NCBI RefSeq assembly: GCF_006345805.1
Contig: NC_042997.1
Coordinates: 203,794,001-203,858,000, forward strand
DNA from: Octopus sinensis
Taxonomy: Eukaryota
DNA: 64,000 nt
Reading direction: 5' to 3'
In this document: piece after piece, positions 12,561 to 25,600 of the stretch
Position numbering within the stretch: position 1 is the stretch's first letter
Layout: each line of letters opens with the position of its first letter
Notes under the pieces: model-generated
Seen by the model: the letters and a program-made list of their open reading frames with translations, nothing else
Databases searched by the model: none
Told to the model about the DNA's origin: nothing
Program-made: the position numbers and the translations under genes

Positions 12561-13500
12561 AGTAATTGCAGATAGAGATGGAGTAAAGTTCTAAAAAGAA
12601 AGTGAGCTGAGCTAGTGATAGTGAGAGAGTCGAGGGAATTTGTCTCGCATAGTCGCTGATTGTAACTTTCTTTTTCCCTCTGGCCGTTTGTCTTTAGTGG
12701 CTGCCAGCTTGTAGCCATGATTCTAGTGGTCCGTTCACTAACTGATGGTCGCTCTCTCTAACTCGGGTTCTCACTAACTCACTAACTGACTTTTGCTTGG
12801 GGGTTCTTGTTTTTATAACTATCCATAAGGATAGACATATCATTGAGAACAATAGATTTCGTTGGTGGTACTTGTTATCTTAATTCTAGCTTTTGGTGGC
12901 TTATAAGAGGTTAGAAGGGTCAAGTGGCGGAGACATCATTTTACTTAGCTAAGGCATCTGGAAAATGTAAACTGCTGTTTACAGAAAAAACTATTGTTTT
13001 ACTGTGAGAAAAGTGCTGTTGAAGCGTTAATTTAAATTTGGCTATCTAGGATCAAATCTACATCATGCTTGCAAGATCCACTACAAGATGAATGATTGGT
13101 TGGTGCTATTAACCAATGGTATCTCGCTGTTGGAAGTTCGGTGAAAATAATATCACTGCATTTGACACAAGAAAAAATTTTATCATGTTAACCAGTGTGT
13201 CAATTTGTGTCCCTTTATATCAAAGAAGTAACTTAGTGAATCGGTTAATAGGGAGCCATAACTGGGATCAATGTGGTCGGTTAAAATCCTTGACAGTGGT
13301 GCTGAAGGGTGGTAACTGTCAAATGACTGGAACGTGTGACAAAGTAAAAGAATATATTATTTTCTTACTGCCGTTTTGAAATGTTTTATATTACAACGAG
13401 TCACCAAGAATAGTATTATCTTGAATTAAACTGAATCTCGTCTGAGGTCCGGATTTTCAGCTGAAATTTAATATATTTTCATAACTAGTAATATCTATCA

Positions 13501-13871
13501 GGAGGCGCAATGGCTAGTGGTTAGGGCAGCGGACTTCGCGGTTTCGATTCCCAGACCGGGCGTTGTGAGTGTTTATGAGCGAAAACACCTAAAAGCTCCA
13601 CGAGGCTCTCGCAGGGGATGGTGGTGATCCCTGCTGTACTCTTTCACCACAACTTTCTCTCACACTTACTTCCTGTTTCTGTTGTACCTGTATTTTAAGG
13701 GGCCGGCCTTGTCACTCTCTGTGTCACGCTGAATATCCCCGAGAACTACGTTAAGGGTGCATGTGTCTATGGAGTGCTCAGCCACTTACACGTTAATTTC
13801 ACGAGCAGGCTGTTCCGTTAATTCGGATCAACCGGAACCCTCATCGTCGTAACCGACGGAGTGCTTTCATC
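13501..13871 (+). mobile_element. tRNA-derived SINE family C, inverted relative to 12177-12560
   Basis: near-identical sequence; flanking AATATCTATCAG/AATATATATCAG; related copies at 3934-4220, 6057-6290, 15530-15850. Confidence 0.88.
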
Positions 13872-14072
13872 CAATATATATCAGCAATTAAACAGACCTC
13901 TTGGGAGAAATAAGTGGAACTATGAAGAACATTGGCCACTCAAAAACAATAATGGTTTTAAAAATGAAAACTGTATTTTTTTATATTTGAAAACGTTGCT
14001 GACGAATTTTTCAAAATGACTCTTGCTGCAAAAAACATTTTTGTTAAAACAAACCTCTTTTCTTTTGTACAG

Positions 14073-14143
14073 AATGTCCAGGTGGCGCTGATAACCCATG
14101 TTATGGAAATGGCGCTTGTGCGGATGGAAAATGTACCTGTTAT
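14073..14143 (+). CDS. stabilin-like exon: [23 protein letters not shown]
   Basis: polypyrimidine+acag acceptor, gtaagt donor, phase 1-0, EGF cysteine pattern. Confidence 0.9.
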
Positions 14144-15887
14144 GTAAGTTCTTGAATTAAAAATAATAACTGTTTCAAATTTTCGTACACGACCAGCAAC
14201 TTAAGGGTATGGAGGTGAATCAATTACATTGATCTCAGAATTTGATTGTATTTTATCGATCGCGAAAGGACGAATGGCAAAGTTGATAACGGCAGTTACG
14301 TTATACGATAGAAATAGTCAAATGGAAAAATATAAAGTAGTATGAAATAACGCGTACGTGAATTTGGGTACATATATATACATGTACAAAAAATATGTGT
14401 GGTATAGAAGTTATGAAAGATAATGAATTAAGTGGATTTAACAAAAACCTAAAAAATGTATTTAGTGTAGTTTATTTTGAGGGTGGGGTGGGTGGGTTTA
14501 TTACGTTAAATCTAAATGCGATTATGTTTTGCTCTTTCCGGAAACTTACATAAAGGGAATTCAATCACTCGTGTAATGTGCTAAGGCAAATAGATCTTAA
14601 CATTAGTTAACAAATTAGGAGTGGCTGTGTGGTAAGTGGCTTGCTTACAAACCCCATGGTTCCGGGTTCAGTCCCAGTGTCTTCTACTATAGCCTCGGGC
14701 CCACCGAAGCCTTGTGAGTGGACTTGGTAGACGGAAACTGAAAGAAGCCCATCGTATATATCTATATATATGTTTATATGTATGTATGTGTGTGTATATG
14801 TTTGTGTGTCTGTGTTTGTCCCCCCAACATCGCTTGACAACCGATGCTAGTGTGTTTACGTCCCTGTAACTTAGCGGTTCGGCAAAAGAGACCGATAGAA
14901 TAAGTACTAGGCTTATCTGGGGTCGATTTGCTTGACTAAAGGCGGTGCTCCAGCATGGCCACAGTTAAATGACTGAAACAAGTAAAAGAGTAATATGATA
15001 TAATATAATATAATACAATGCAATTATCGCTATCTTCAGATGCTTAAAGTGCGATTTAATTTTGCTTTAGAGTTCCTTTCATTTCCAAATGAATCATGCA
15101 ACAGGTATTCTAGCCATTTCAACTTTAAAAGTTTTTCCAATACAATCTCTTCTCCTACTTCTAATTTCATTACCTTAAATATTTACCCTCTTAATGATAA
15201 TTGCTTTGCAAAGGCCTTAGTATTATGTGATCGGGTACAAATAGACAATAACGAGAATTCTATCAAGGCACGTGTTTATCAGCACATTCAGTCAATCAAG
15301 AAATCTGAAAAAAATTATAACAAGCATTACTAAGTATATTTGGTGTTTGAAAGAATCACATTTGAAGCATTCAAAGTCAAACAGCCAATCCTTGAATATG
15401 CTTCCCCACATGTAACTGTCAATTTCTATTTGGATTTTCGATGTGACTTATTCCTCAGTAGAATCTATGACTTCAATGAAAGGTCTCAAAATAAAGCTTT
15501 TATAGATCTAATCTTGTGCGTGCATGTATCAAGGCACATAGCTTAGTGATTAGGGTCTTCGGCTCACGATCGGAAGGTCGTGAGTTCGATTCATGGCGAC
15601 GCGTTGTATCCTTGAGCAAAACACTTTATTTCATGTTGCTCCAGTTCACTCAGCTGACAAAAATGAGTAACACCTGTATTTCAAAGGTTCAGCCTTGTCA
15701 CATTCTGTGTCACGCTGGATCTCCCTGAGAGCTACGTGAAGGGTACGCATCTCTGTGAAGTGCTCAGCTATTTGCACATTAATTTCACTGGCAAGCTGTT
15801 TCAGTGATCGGATCAGTTGGAACTCTCGTCGTCATAGCTGGCGGAGTATCAGCGTGAAGAAGTATGTGCATATGTATGTGTGTGTGT

Positions 15888-15927
<40 letters not shown>

Positions 15928-17294
15928 CAGCAGCAGTAGCAGTAGTAGTAGTAGTAGTAGCAGTAGTAGCAGTAGTAGTAGTAGTAGTAGTAGCATTAGT
16001 AGCATTAGTAGTAGTAGCTGCAGCAGCAGTAGCAGTAGTAGTAGTAGTAGTAGTAGTATCTTGCAAATCCAGTCACATGTCAAAGAAGTAATTGGTCCAT
16101 TTAACGCAGTGTAATTTATAACATTATGTAAGTTCGTGTTTTCATAAAGCACTACTTCTTCGTGATATATTCCTAAAAATAAATTTTAGGCGATATTTTA
16201 GCAAATATTCAAATATTTAGTGATATATGACAATTCAGTGAAAGGATTCAACATATAGAGAATGCTGAATTTGAGGAATTTAGAAACGGTGGAGTTGTAT
16301 ATTTAAAACAGCAACCAGACAAACCCATTAGTTTCACACCCAAAACAGACTCATTGTATGCATTATTTGAGCAGGGGATGGCCAAAATAGTATTCCCTAT
16401 TCATTGGAAATGAATCATACTCTTTCTCTTTTACTTGTTTCAGTCATTTGATTGTGGCCATGCTGGAGCACCACCTTTAGTTGAACAAATAGAACCCAGG
16501 ACTTATTCTTTGTAAGCCTAGTACTTGTTCTATAGCTATTTTTTGCCGAACCGCTAAGTTACAGGGACGTAAACACACCAGCATCGGTTGTCAAGTGATG
16601 TTGGGGGTACAAACATGGACACACACACACACACACACATACATATATATATATACGACGGGCTTCTTTCGGTTTCCGTCTACCAGATCCACTCACAAGG
16701 CTTTGGTTGATCCGAGGCTATAGTAGAAGATACTTGCCCAAGGTGCCACGCAGTGGGACTGAACCCGGAACCATGTGGTTGGTAAGCAAGCTACTTACCA
16801 CACAGCCACACCTACGCTTATGGTGAGGAGTGGCTGTGAGAGAAAAATCTATTGTCCATAGATTACAATTAATTATGGTATCTATCACTCTTTATCGATG
16901 GGGGCCGCCTGCGGCTTTTCAGCCAAACCTGAAACCAAAGAAATTGGCGCCAAGAAAGAAATTAGCAAGTCTTTTGTTAGAATGTTATTGTAACTGCGTG
17001 TAATGGTGATGCGCTAGCAGAGTCGTTAGTACGCCGCGCAAAACGCTTAACGGTACTTCATCTGTCTTTACGTTCTGAGTTCAAATTCCGCCGAGGTTGA
17101 CTGTGCCTTTCATCCTTTCAGAGTCGATAAAATAGGTACCAGTTAAATACTGGGGGGGGGGGCGATGTAATCGACTCAACCCCCCTCCCCGAAATTACTG
17201 GCCTTGAGCCAAATTTAGGAAATAATATTTTACTGCGTGTGGAGATCATTATAATTGAGTGCATTTGCCGTAATGCGAAGACACACGTGCATGG

Positions 17295-17332
<38 letters not shown>

Positions 17333-18068
17333 ATGGAACGGTTAAGTTGGAAATTACGTTTTATTTGTATTAATGTTTTAAGAAGCACTTAAATTCGTCT
17401 AAATGGGAAATGAAGAGTTAACCGAAATAAGATTAACTTGGAGGAAATAAATAGTTCATAGTACTGGAAGAAAAAACAAGGGATGATGTTAAACTGATTC
17501 ACGTTAATATCTAAATTAGGTCCCTGGTCTTGAGTTAAAGCTTGAACTCAATATTTAAACCAGGACCAACAATTTGATTATTTTAAAATAATTTACTTTA
17601 GGCGCAGGCGTGACTGCGTGGTAAGAAGTTTGCTTTCCAACTGCATGGTTCCAGGTTCAGTCCCGCTGCGATGTACCTTGCACAAAGCCTTGTGGATGGA
17701 TTTGGTAGACGGGAACTGAAAGAAGCTCGTCGTACATATATATATATATATATATATCACTGTTTTTGTCCTGTTATTACTATTATTGTTTTTTGTATTT
17801 ATATTCGTGTGGCATCGTCCGTTTTTCTGTCCTTGTTTCATATACATTCGATCCTTTTTCCAAGAAATCTAATGCTCGTAGCTTAGATTTTCCTTGGGGC
17901 TGGCCGGATCGGGGCGATCTTAAGATTAATCAGCCAAAATTGTGAGGATGATCCGGTTCTTGACTGAAGATTAGAGGCTTCGAATGACCCGTCCGTTTTT
18001 TTGTGTCGTCTATTTGAGTGTTTTGCGTTTGTGTCACATTTTGTATTTTTAGATATATTTTTTTATAC

Positions 18069-18130
<62 letters not shown>

Positions 18131-19874
18131 TCATTCTATTGACGTGACTTAGATATTCGTCATAACATATAGACAGATCAGGTGTTGGAGCATGCGCTGT
18201 TGCTGTGCATTGCTGCACCACCATTTGTCAATATATTCCCGGACCTCTGAGAAGACCCGTCAAACAGAGTTCCTGTCTGCACAATATATCTCCTCATCCG
18301 CTGTGACGATGCGGCATGTGATCGACCAACATATGCTGTCAGCCCAGCTGGATCCTTAGTGAAGAGAACACAGTATATATATTTATTTATAAAGGTATAT
18401 AATCGGTCACTTGAAATATATACACACACATACATTGATATATATGGGCAGTGGTTTCACATATTCTATAGTCATTCATGGTTTAAAAAAAAAGATGAAA
18501 AACGTAATTAAATTTCTCATTTTACTTTTAAATATTTTCAGCCAAAATATGCTGGAGAAGAATGTGAACGTTGTTCTGAAGAACTTGTCTTTGGACCAAA
18601 CTGCACAGGTGAGATTATATCTTGAGAATATACCTATATAGAATGTAAGCCCCTTTTAGGTTACCTGCAAATTAGAAGCATTATTTAAAGGAAGTAATGT
18701 TTGGAATATTTTGTCCTTTTTAAATTATAAATTCTTTTGTGTACGAGGGGTACCCAAATAAAACCGGAATTTTGCAATATCATTTTATTCACTTAGTTTT
18801 ACATGTTTACTCTTTTATCGTCTTCAAAGTATTCTCCATCGAAAAAAGATCCGGATCAACTTCCAACTGTTCTTTTAGTTCTCGCCATCATTCAGTCGTG
18901 ACTGCTTTTGATCTTCCATGAGCAAGTGAGACACAAATTTTGCTAACACTCTTTTCAGTTGCAATTCCTCGCTCAAATTCGTTGGCAGGAGCTCCAGGAC
19001 ACACCAGTCATATCGACAAGTTCGTCAATTTATTCGGTGATGGTCCTCTAAGATTAGTTCATGAATTTTCATGATGTTTTCATTCGTTCGGGTGGTCGAC
19101 GATCGTCCTGAACGATGTTGGTCCTTGTAAGCTATTTGAAGTATGACGGCTGTTTCGGTCGCCGTTTTCCCCAGTGGAAAACAAAATTTCAGGGAAGCAC
19201 GCTCATCCTCGTTTTAGCCATCCCCAAAATTGAAGAACAGGGAAGAAACACTGCAAAACAAAGACGCACCACGTGACAGAACGACTTCATCGGAGGACGC
19301 CAGAAGACAGACTGATGCTTGATGGTCACATCAAGTGGCTTCTTGCAGCGGAAGCCTGAACTACAATGAGTTTGTCCCACGGAGAACGTTTCCGGTTACT
19401 TTAGGGCACCTCCTCGTATTAGCAGAACATATAATTTCCGGCATATGTGAAAGGGCCATAGTCAATCATATTTGTATGACAAGCGATTTAGGGTAAAGAT
19501 TTTAAGTTATTCCATTTCAAGTTACCGCCCAAATAAACCTGGATCTGATTTCATGTACCCTTGTTCTACTACTACTACTACTACTACTGCTACTACTACT
19601 ACTGCTGCTGCTGCTACTACTACTACTACTACTACTACTACTGATAATAATCCTTTCTACCATAGGCACAAAGCCTGACATTTTGGGGCAGGGGTTAAGT
19701 TGATCACATCGACTCCAGCACGTAACTGGTACTTATTTCATCGACCCCAAAAGGATGAAAGGCAATGACGACCTTGGTGGAATTTAAACTCAGAACATAA
19801 AGTTGGATGAAATGCCGTTAAACATTTTACCTGCTGCCTTAATTACTACTATTACTACAACAACAACAACAACA

Positions 19875-19908
<34 letters not shown>

Positions 19909-19909
19909 T

Positions 19910-19962
<53 letters not shown>

Positions 19963-21067
19963 ATAATAATAATAATGATAATCTTTTCTACTCTAGGCAC
20001 AAGGCCTGACATTTTTTGGGGAGGGGGCCAGTCGATTAGATTGACCCTAGTATGCAACTGGTACTTAGTTTATCGACCTTGAAAGGATGAAAGGCAAAGT
20101 CAACCTCAGTGGAATTTCAATAATAATAATAATAAATGCCTTGATGTAGTACCAGGCAATGGCTCTCATGGCTTTTGATCTTAACTGAATGGAAGTGTTA
20201 TCATGTACATTGTTTTGTCTTGGTATAAAAGATGGGCTACACCAAATATTCTGCTCAATACAACAGATTTGCTTGTCAGTTGTTTGACCTTAACCAGTTC
20301 AGCATGTCCCTTAGTGGCTGACGATATGTGCATCCCTGATCATGAGCAGGAGTAGTGGAGGAGCATCATAGCCATGTTTTGAAAGGAATTCTTTGGAGTT
20401 TGGATAATTTACCTCCGGAAACTTGGGTGTATCATTCCTCATCCTTAAACAACCCTTATTCAGGGACCTTTTGAGCAGGATGGGATACTTGTCCTGATGA
20501 AAATTCTAACTGGGCCCCACCTGCAAGGTCATGCACTGTTTATCTTGATATGAGATCATCATGTCACACACATATGGTTGTGATGCATATGCCTGGTGTA
20601 CCCTTATCAGAGGGGTAGTCATGATGGGTATACTGGGCTTCATTTATTTTACCCCAGTGTCACTTTGATGGCATGCACTGCTGTCTCACTCAATAATAAT
20701 AATAATAATAATAATAATAATCTTTTCTGCTAGAGGCTCAAGACCTTTTTAATCCGAAAGAAATGATATAAGAGAGACTTGACTGCTGTTTCTTGCATGG
20801 CTCTTGTAGCAATTCTGTTTGTTTCCATGCATAAGAAGCTTACTAGAACTCCATGCATTGTAAAGAAATATTAAATAAAATCTTATTTATTTCAGATTGC
20901 ACATGTTTGCATGGTACCTGTGACAGTGGAATCCTTGGAACTGGCAAATGTGAATGTGAATCTGGATTTAAAGGCCCACTTTGTGACGAGGGTAAGAGTT
21001 CCAACAATTTTATCTATCTATCTATCTACATACATACATACATACACATGATAAATATATGTATATG

Positions 21068-21099
<32 letters not shown>

Positions 21100-21889
21100 A
21101 TATATATACACACACACACACACCATAAAAATACTCCTGATGCATTGGGCAATACGATATGCTTGAGTCAAGTAAAATCAATATCGTAGCTGGGGCAGGT
21201 GCTCTCTGGCTGGCTCCTGTGCTTATGGCACATCAAAGGCACACTGTCCCAATGTGGTTGAAACCAGGTTCACCTGGATGGCTACTGTGCTGGTGGCACA
21301 TAAAAACCACCTACCAATAGTGACTGATGTCAGTACCCGCTTGACTGGCTCCTGTGCTGGTGGCACTTAAAAAGCACCATTTGAACTTATTTGTTGCCAG
21401 GCTTGCCTTACCGACTCCCGTGTTGCTGGCATGTAAAAAGCACCAACCAATCATGACTGATACCAGTACCTCTGTACTGGTTCCTGTGCCGGTGGCACGT
21501 AAAAAACACCATCTGAACATGATCGTTACCAGGCCCGCCTTACTGACTCCTGTGCCAGTGGCATGTAAAAAAGCACCCACTACACTCTCAGAGTGGTTGG
21601 TGTTAGGAAGGGCATCCAGCTGTAGAAACTCTGTCAGACAAGACTGGAGCCTGTCCTGTCAAACGTCACCTCTTTCGCGTATAAATACGCAAATTGTTTA
21701 TACACTATTATAAATGAATATATATATATAGGCGCAGGAGTGGCTGTGTGGTAAGTAGCTTGCTAACCAACCACATGGTTCCGGGTTCAGTCCCACTGTG
21801 TGGCATCTTGGGCAAGTGTCTTCTGCTATAGCCCCAGGCCGACCAATGCCTTGTGAGTGGATTTGGTAGACTGAAAGAAGCCTGTCGTA

Positions 21890-21920
<31 letters not shown>

Positions 21921-22632
21921 GCGTGTTTGTGTATCTGTGTTTGTCCCCCTAGCATTGCTTGACAACCGATGCTGGTGTGTTTACGTCCCCGTCACTTAGC
22001 GGTTCGGCAAAAGAGACTGATAGAATAAGTACTGGGCTTACAAAGAATAAGTCCCGGGGTCGATTTGCTCGACTAAAGGCGGTGCTCCAGCATGGCTGCA
22101 GTCAAATGACTGAAACAAGTAAAAGAGTAAAGAGTATATATATTATGTCATATGTAAACAAACAAGTTTGTTTTTGAAGCGTTAAAATGTATTGTAGAAC
22201 AAGAAGAAAGATATATCTTTTTTCAACATGTAAATACTGAACAGTATATATAAAGGATAAAATCCTTTTAAGAGCAGAAAAACTTGCCAGCGCCGCCTCG
22301 ACTGGCTCCGTGTCGGTGGCACGTAAAAAGCACCATCCGAATCGTGGCCGAAGCCAGTGCCGCCTCGACTTGCTTCCGTGCCGGTGGCACATAAAATACA
22401 CCATAAAATACACCGTGGCCGATGCCAGCCTCGCCTGGCACCAGTGCAGGTGGCACGTAAAAAGCACCCACTACACTCATGGAGTGGTTGGCGTTAGGAA
22501 GGGCATCCAGCTGTAGAAACATTGCCAGATAAGACCGGAGCCTGGTGCAGCCTTCTGGCTTCCCAGATCCCCGGTTGAACCGTCCAACCCATGCTAGCAT
22601 GGAGAACGGACGTTAAACGATGATGATGATGA

Positions 22633-22685
<53 letters not shown>

Positions 22686-25600
22686 GCAGTAATAAATCTC
22701 TGAGCGAGAAATAAACTATAGCAGCATGGAATCGTGAAGTATATTTACCACTTAAATGTTGCGGACTCATAAGGGATGACGCTATTGTTGTTTATAGCCC
22801 TAGGAAGACATCTCCACCAGCTGGCTAACGACACACTGTCTGTGTCCAATTAGTATTTGCGACACAGACAGTGTGTCGTTAGCCAGCTGGAGGAGATGTC
22901 TTCCTGGGGCTATTAACAACAGTAGTGCCATATCCTATGGGTCTACCACGTTTAGGTGGTATATATATATATATGTATATATATAAACACATGATATAAT
23001 ACCATCTAAGAATCCATAAGTCAGAAAAAACATGCAGTCATATACTTGTCATTAGAGTGGGCTTATTAATCGAGGTGTACTCTTTTATGTATCCACTATG
23101 GCCAATCTTGCCAATTGATTTCACACTAGGAGTTGAATGGAGTGTTAGGTAACTGCCAAATTATGCAATCCGACTCTCTTCAGAGATTGCAGTTATGGGA
23201 TGAAATATGGCGACTGGTCTCTATTGTTGGAGGTGTCTGGTCTTAATTATTTTGTTTCATATGTTATTTTGGGCCAATTGGAAACTAGTAATCTGTCAAT
23301 CATTTGAACTATTTAAACAAAAGCAAACTAATTTTTTTCTTTCTTATTTTCCAACAATGAGCAGTCATGAGGCAACTATTCTACTTCATCCTTCCTTTTT
23401 TTAGCTTTTAGGTCTTTGTTTCTTATTTCTTTACTACCCACAAGGGGTTAAACATAGAGGGAACAAACAAGTACAGACAAAGGGATTCAGTCGATTACAT
23501 CAACCCCAGTGCATAACCGGTACTTAATTTATCGACCCCGAAAGGATGAAAGGCAAAGTCGACCTCGGCGGAATTTGAACTCAGACCGTAGCGGCAGACG
23601 AAATACCACTAAGCATTTCACCCAGCATGCTAACATTTCTGCCAGTTCACCGCCTTAGCTCTTAGGCCTCTGTTTTGTCTCGATAGAATGGATGTGGTCG
23701 TCTTAAATCACAAGCGACATTAAACTGAAGAAATAAAAAAAGTATTGTAATTTGCTTGAAGTATTGTAATGTGTAAATGATAGAAATGTTTTTTCTTTAG
23801 AAGCAAAACCTTTAAGCAATGTGGGTTACAAATTAGGCAGAAATATGTAAGGTTATGCCAATAAATACAAACAAAGAGAAGATATATTACTTCAGATAGA
23901 TTATTTGTTTCTGTAATATGTCAGTCAGGTAGTGGTGGTAGTGGTGGTAGTGGTGGTAGTGGTTGGGTGGTGGTAGTGGTTGGATGGTGGTAGTGGTGGG
24001 GTGGTGGTAGTGGTTGGGTGGTGGCAGTGATTGGGTGGTGGTAGTGGTTGGGTGGTGGTAGTGGTTGGGTGGTGGTAGTGATTGGGTGGTGGTAGTGGTG
24101 GTAGTGGTGGAGTGAAAGATTCCTCGGTAGGTGTTGTATGGTCAGCAGTTCCATATATAGTTGTGGACAGTGTTGACATTGCACTATTCATGGAAAGCCC
24201 CTAATCAATGGTGTTCCAACTGTGACTATCCGCATTTTGAATACGTAGAAGTACATTATTTATTCTGTGCTTCCACTTCAAATAGAGTGAAGTTAGATCT
24301 GAGGGGTATTTGGCTGTTCTTTCTAGCAGTTGAAGCAACTACGTGAAGACTCTCATGTTGGCTCAAAAAGCTCATTGCCAGATTGGCCAAAAGTCTCTCA
24401 TTAGCTCAGTAGAGAATCCCTTACTGGTAGAGACACTCGCTATTGGCTTGGTAGAGACACCCTCACCATATTGATAGAAGATCTCATTGGATTAGTAGAG
24501 ATGGTCATTACTGGATAAGTAGAGAATAATCCAAAGAAACTCACTCACTATAATGATAGAAAATCCCTCTTTGGATTAGCAGAGACTTCTTTGTTGTGAT
24601 TTCCATGGTGTCTCACTAAAGGTGACTTACTTTCATGTGATATCTGAATATTCGATTTTGCTGACCCCTAAATCTCCTTAATTCGTAAATGATCAAATTG
24701 CTAAAATGATGAGAAGACATCTTATTTCTGAATTATGACATTTATTGTTGATTTTCATAGAAATACCCAGATGTGGAAATATACACTGTGGGAAAAATGA
24801 ATCCTGTAGAGAAGATGACGAAGGAAATCCTGTTTGTAAATGTGAAAATGGTTACGAGAAAAACGAGAATGGTGAATGCCAAGGCAAGTATCAAGACATT
24901 TGTAGTTAACACACACCAGTATGCATACATACATGCATGTATACATACATACATACATACATGCATACATATATGCATACATATATGCATACATATGCAT
25001 ACATATACACATACATACATACATATATACATATGTAAAATATTCATGAAGTTTATTATGTAATAAGATCCTCATTTGCAATACTATCCATGCCTGCATC
25101 CATATCTGCAAGTGCACATACACATGTATATGCATACATGTGTATATGCATTCATGTGCACATGCATACATACATATGTGTATACCTGCATACAGACATA
25201 CACATCATACATACACACACACATAACCTCAAATATGTGAGATGAAAATCCAATCATCCAAATACAATTATAAATTCTTTAGTTAGGAGTGTCTCCCTTA
25301 AAATCTTTAAAATTTCAGCGACTGAAAAATAGTTAAACAAAACGAGAAATACAATAATTTAGCTTTAACTGAAGCTGGTTCTGAGGAGAAAATTCATTAT
25401 ATTTCAAATGGTGAGAATAAGAGTATACGTTAAGATGCAGAAATAATGGACCGAATGAATAATGGTAGCGATCACCATGACGATAAAAATTCTTCAATAA
25501 GAGAAATAATAAGAATAAGATAATAGATATGTCAATGTAGATAAAGTGATAAAAAAAACTCTAATTAATAAAAATAGTGAAATGAAGAGCAAAAGTAGCT

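Noticed and set aside
12054-12983. Possible solo LTR (TGTAAA..TTTACA) interrupted by a SINE
   Set aside because: No TSD, PBS or second copy.
1-14072. Upstream stabilin exons (signal peptide, first Cys-rich segment)
   Set aside because: I found no exon with the expected CC.G..G..C motif and splice sites; probably outside the window.
17960-17996. CTGAAGA..GAA hammerhead candidate
   Set aside because: No GAAA and no convincing stems.
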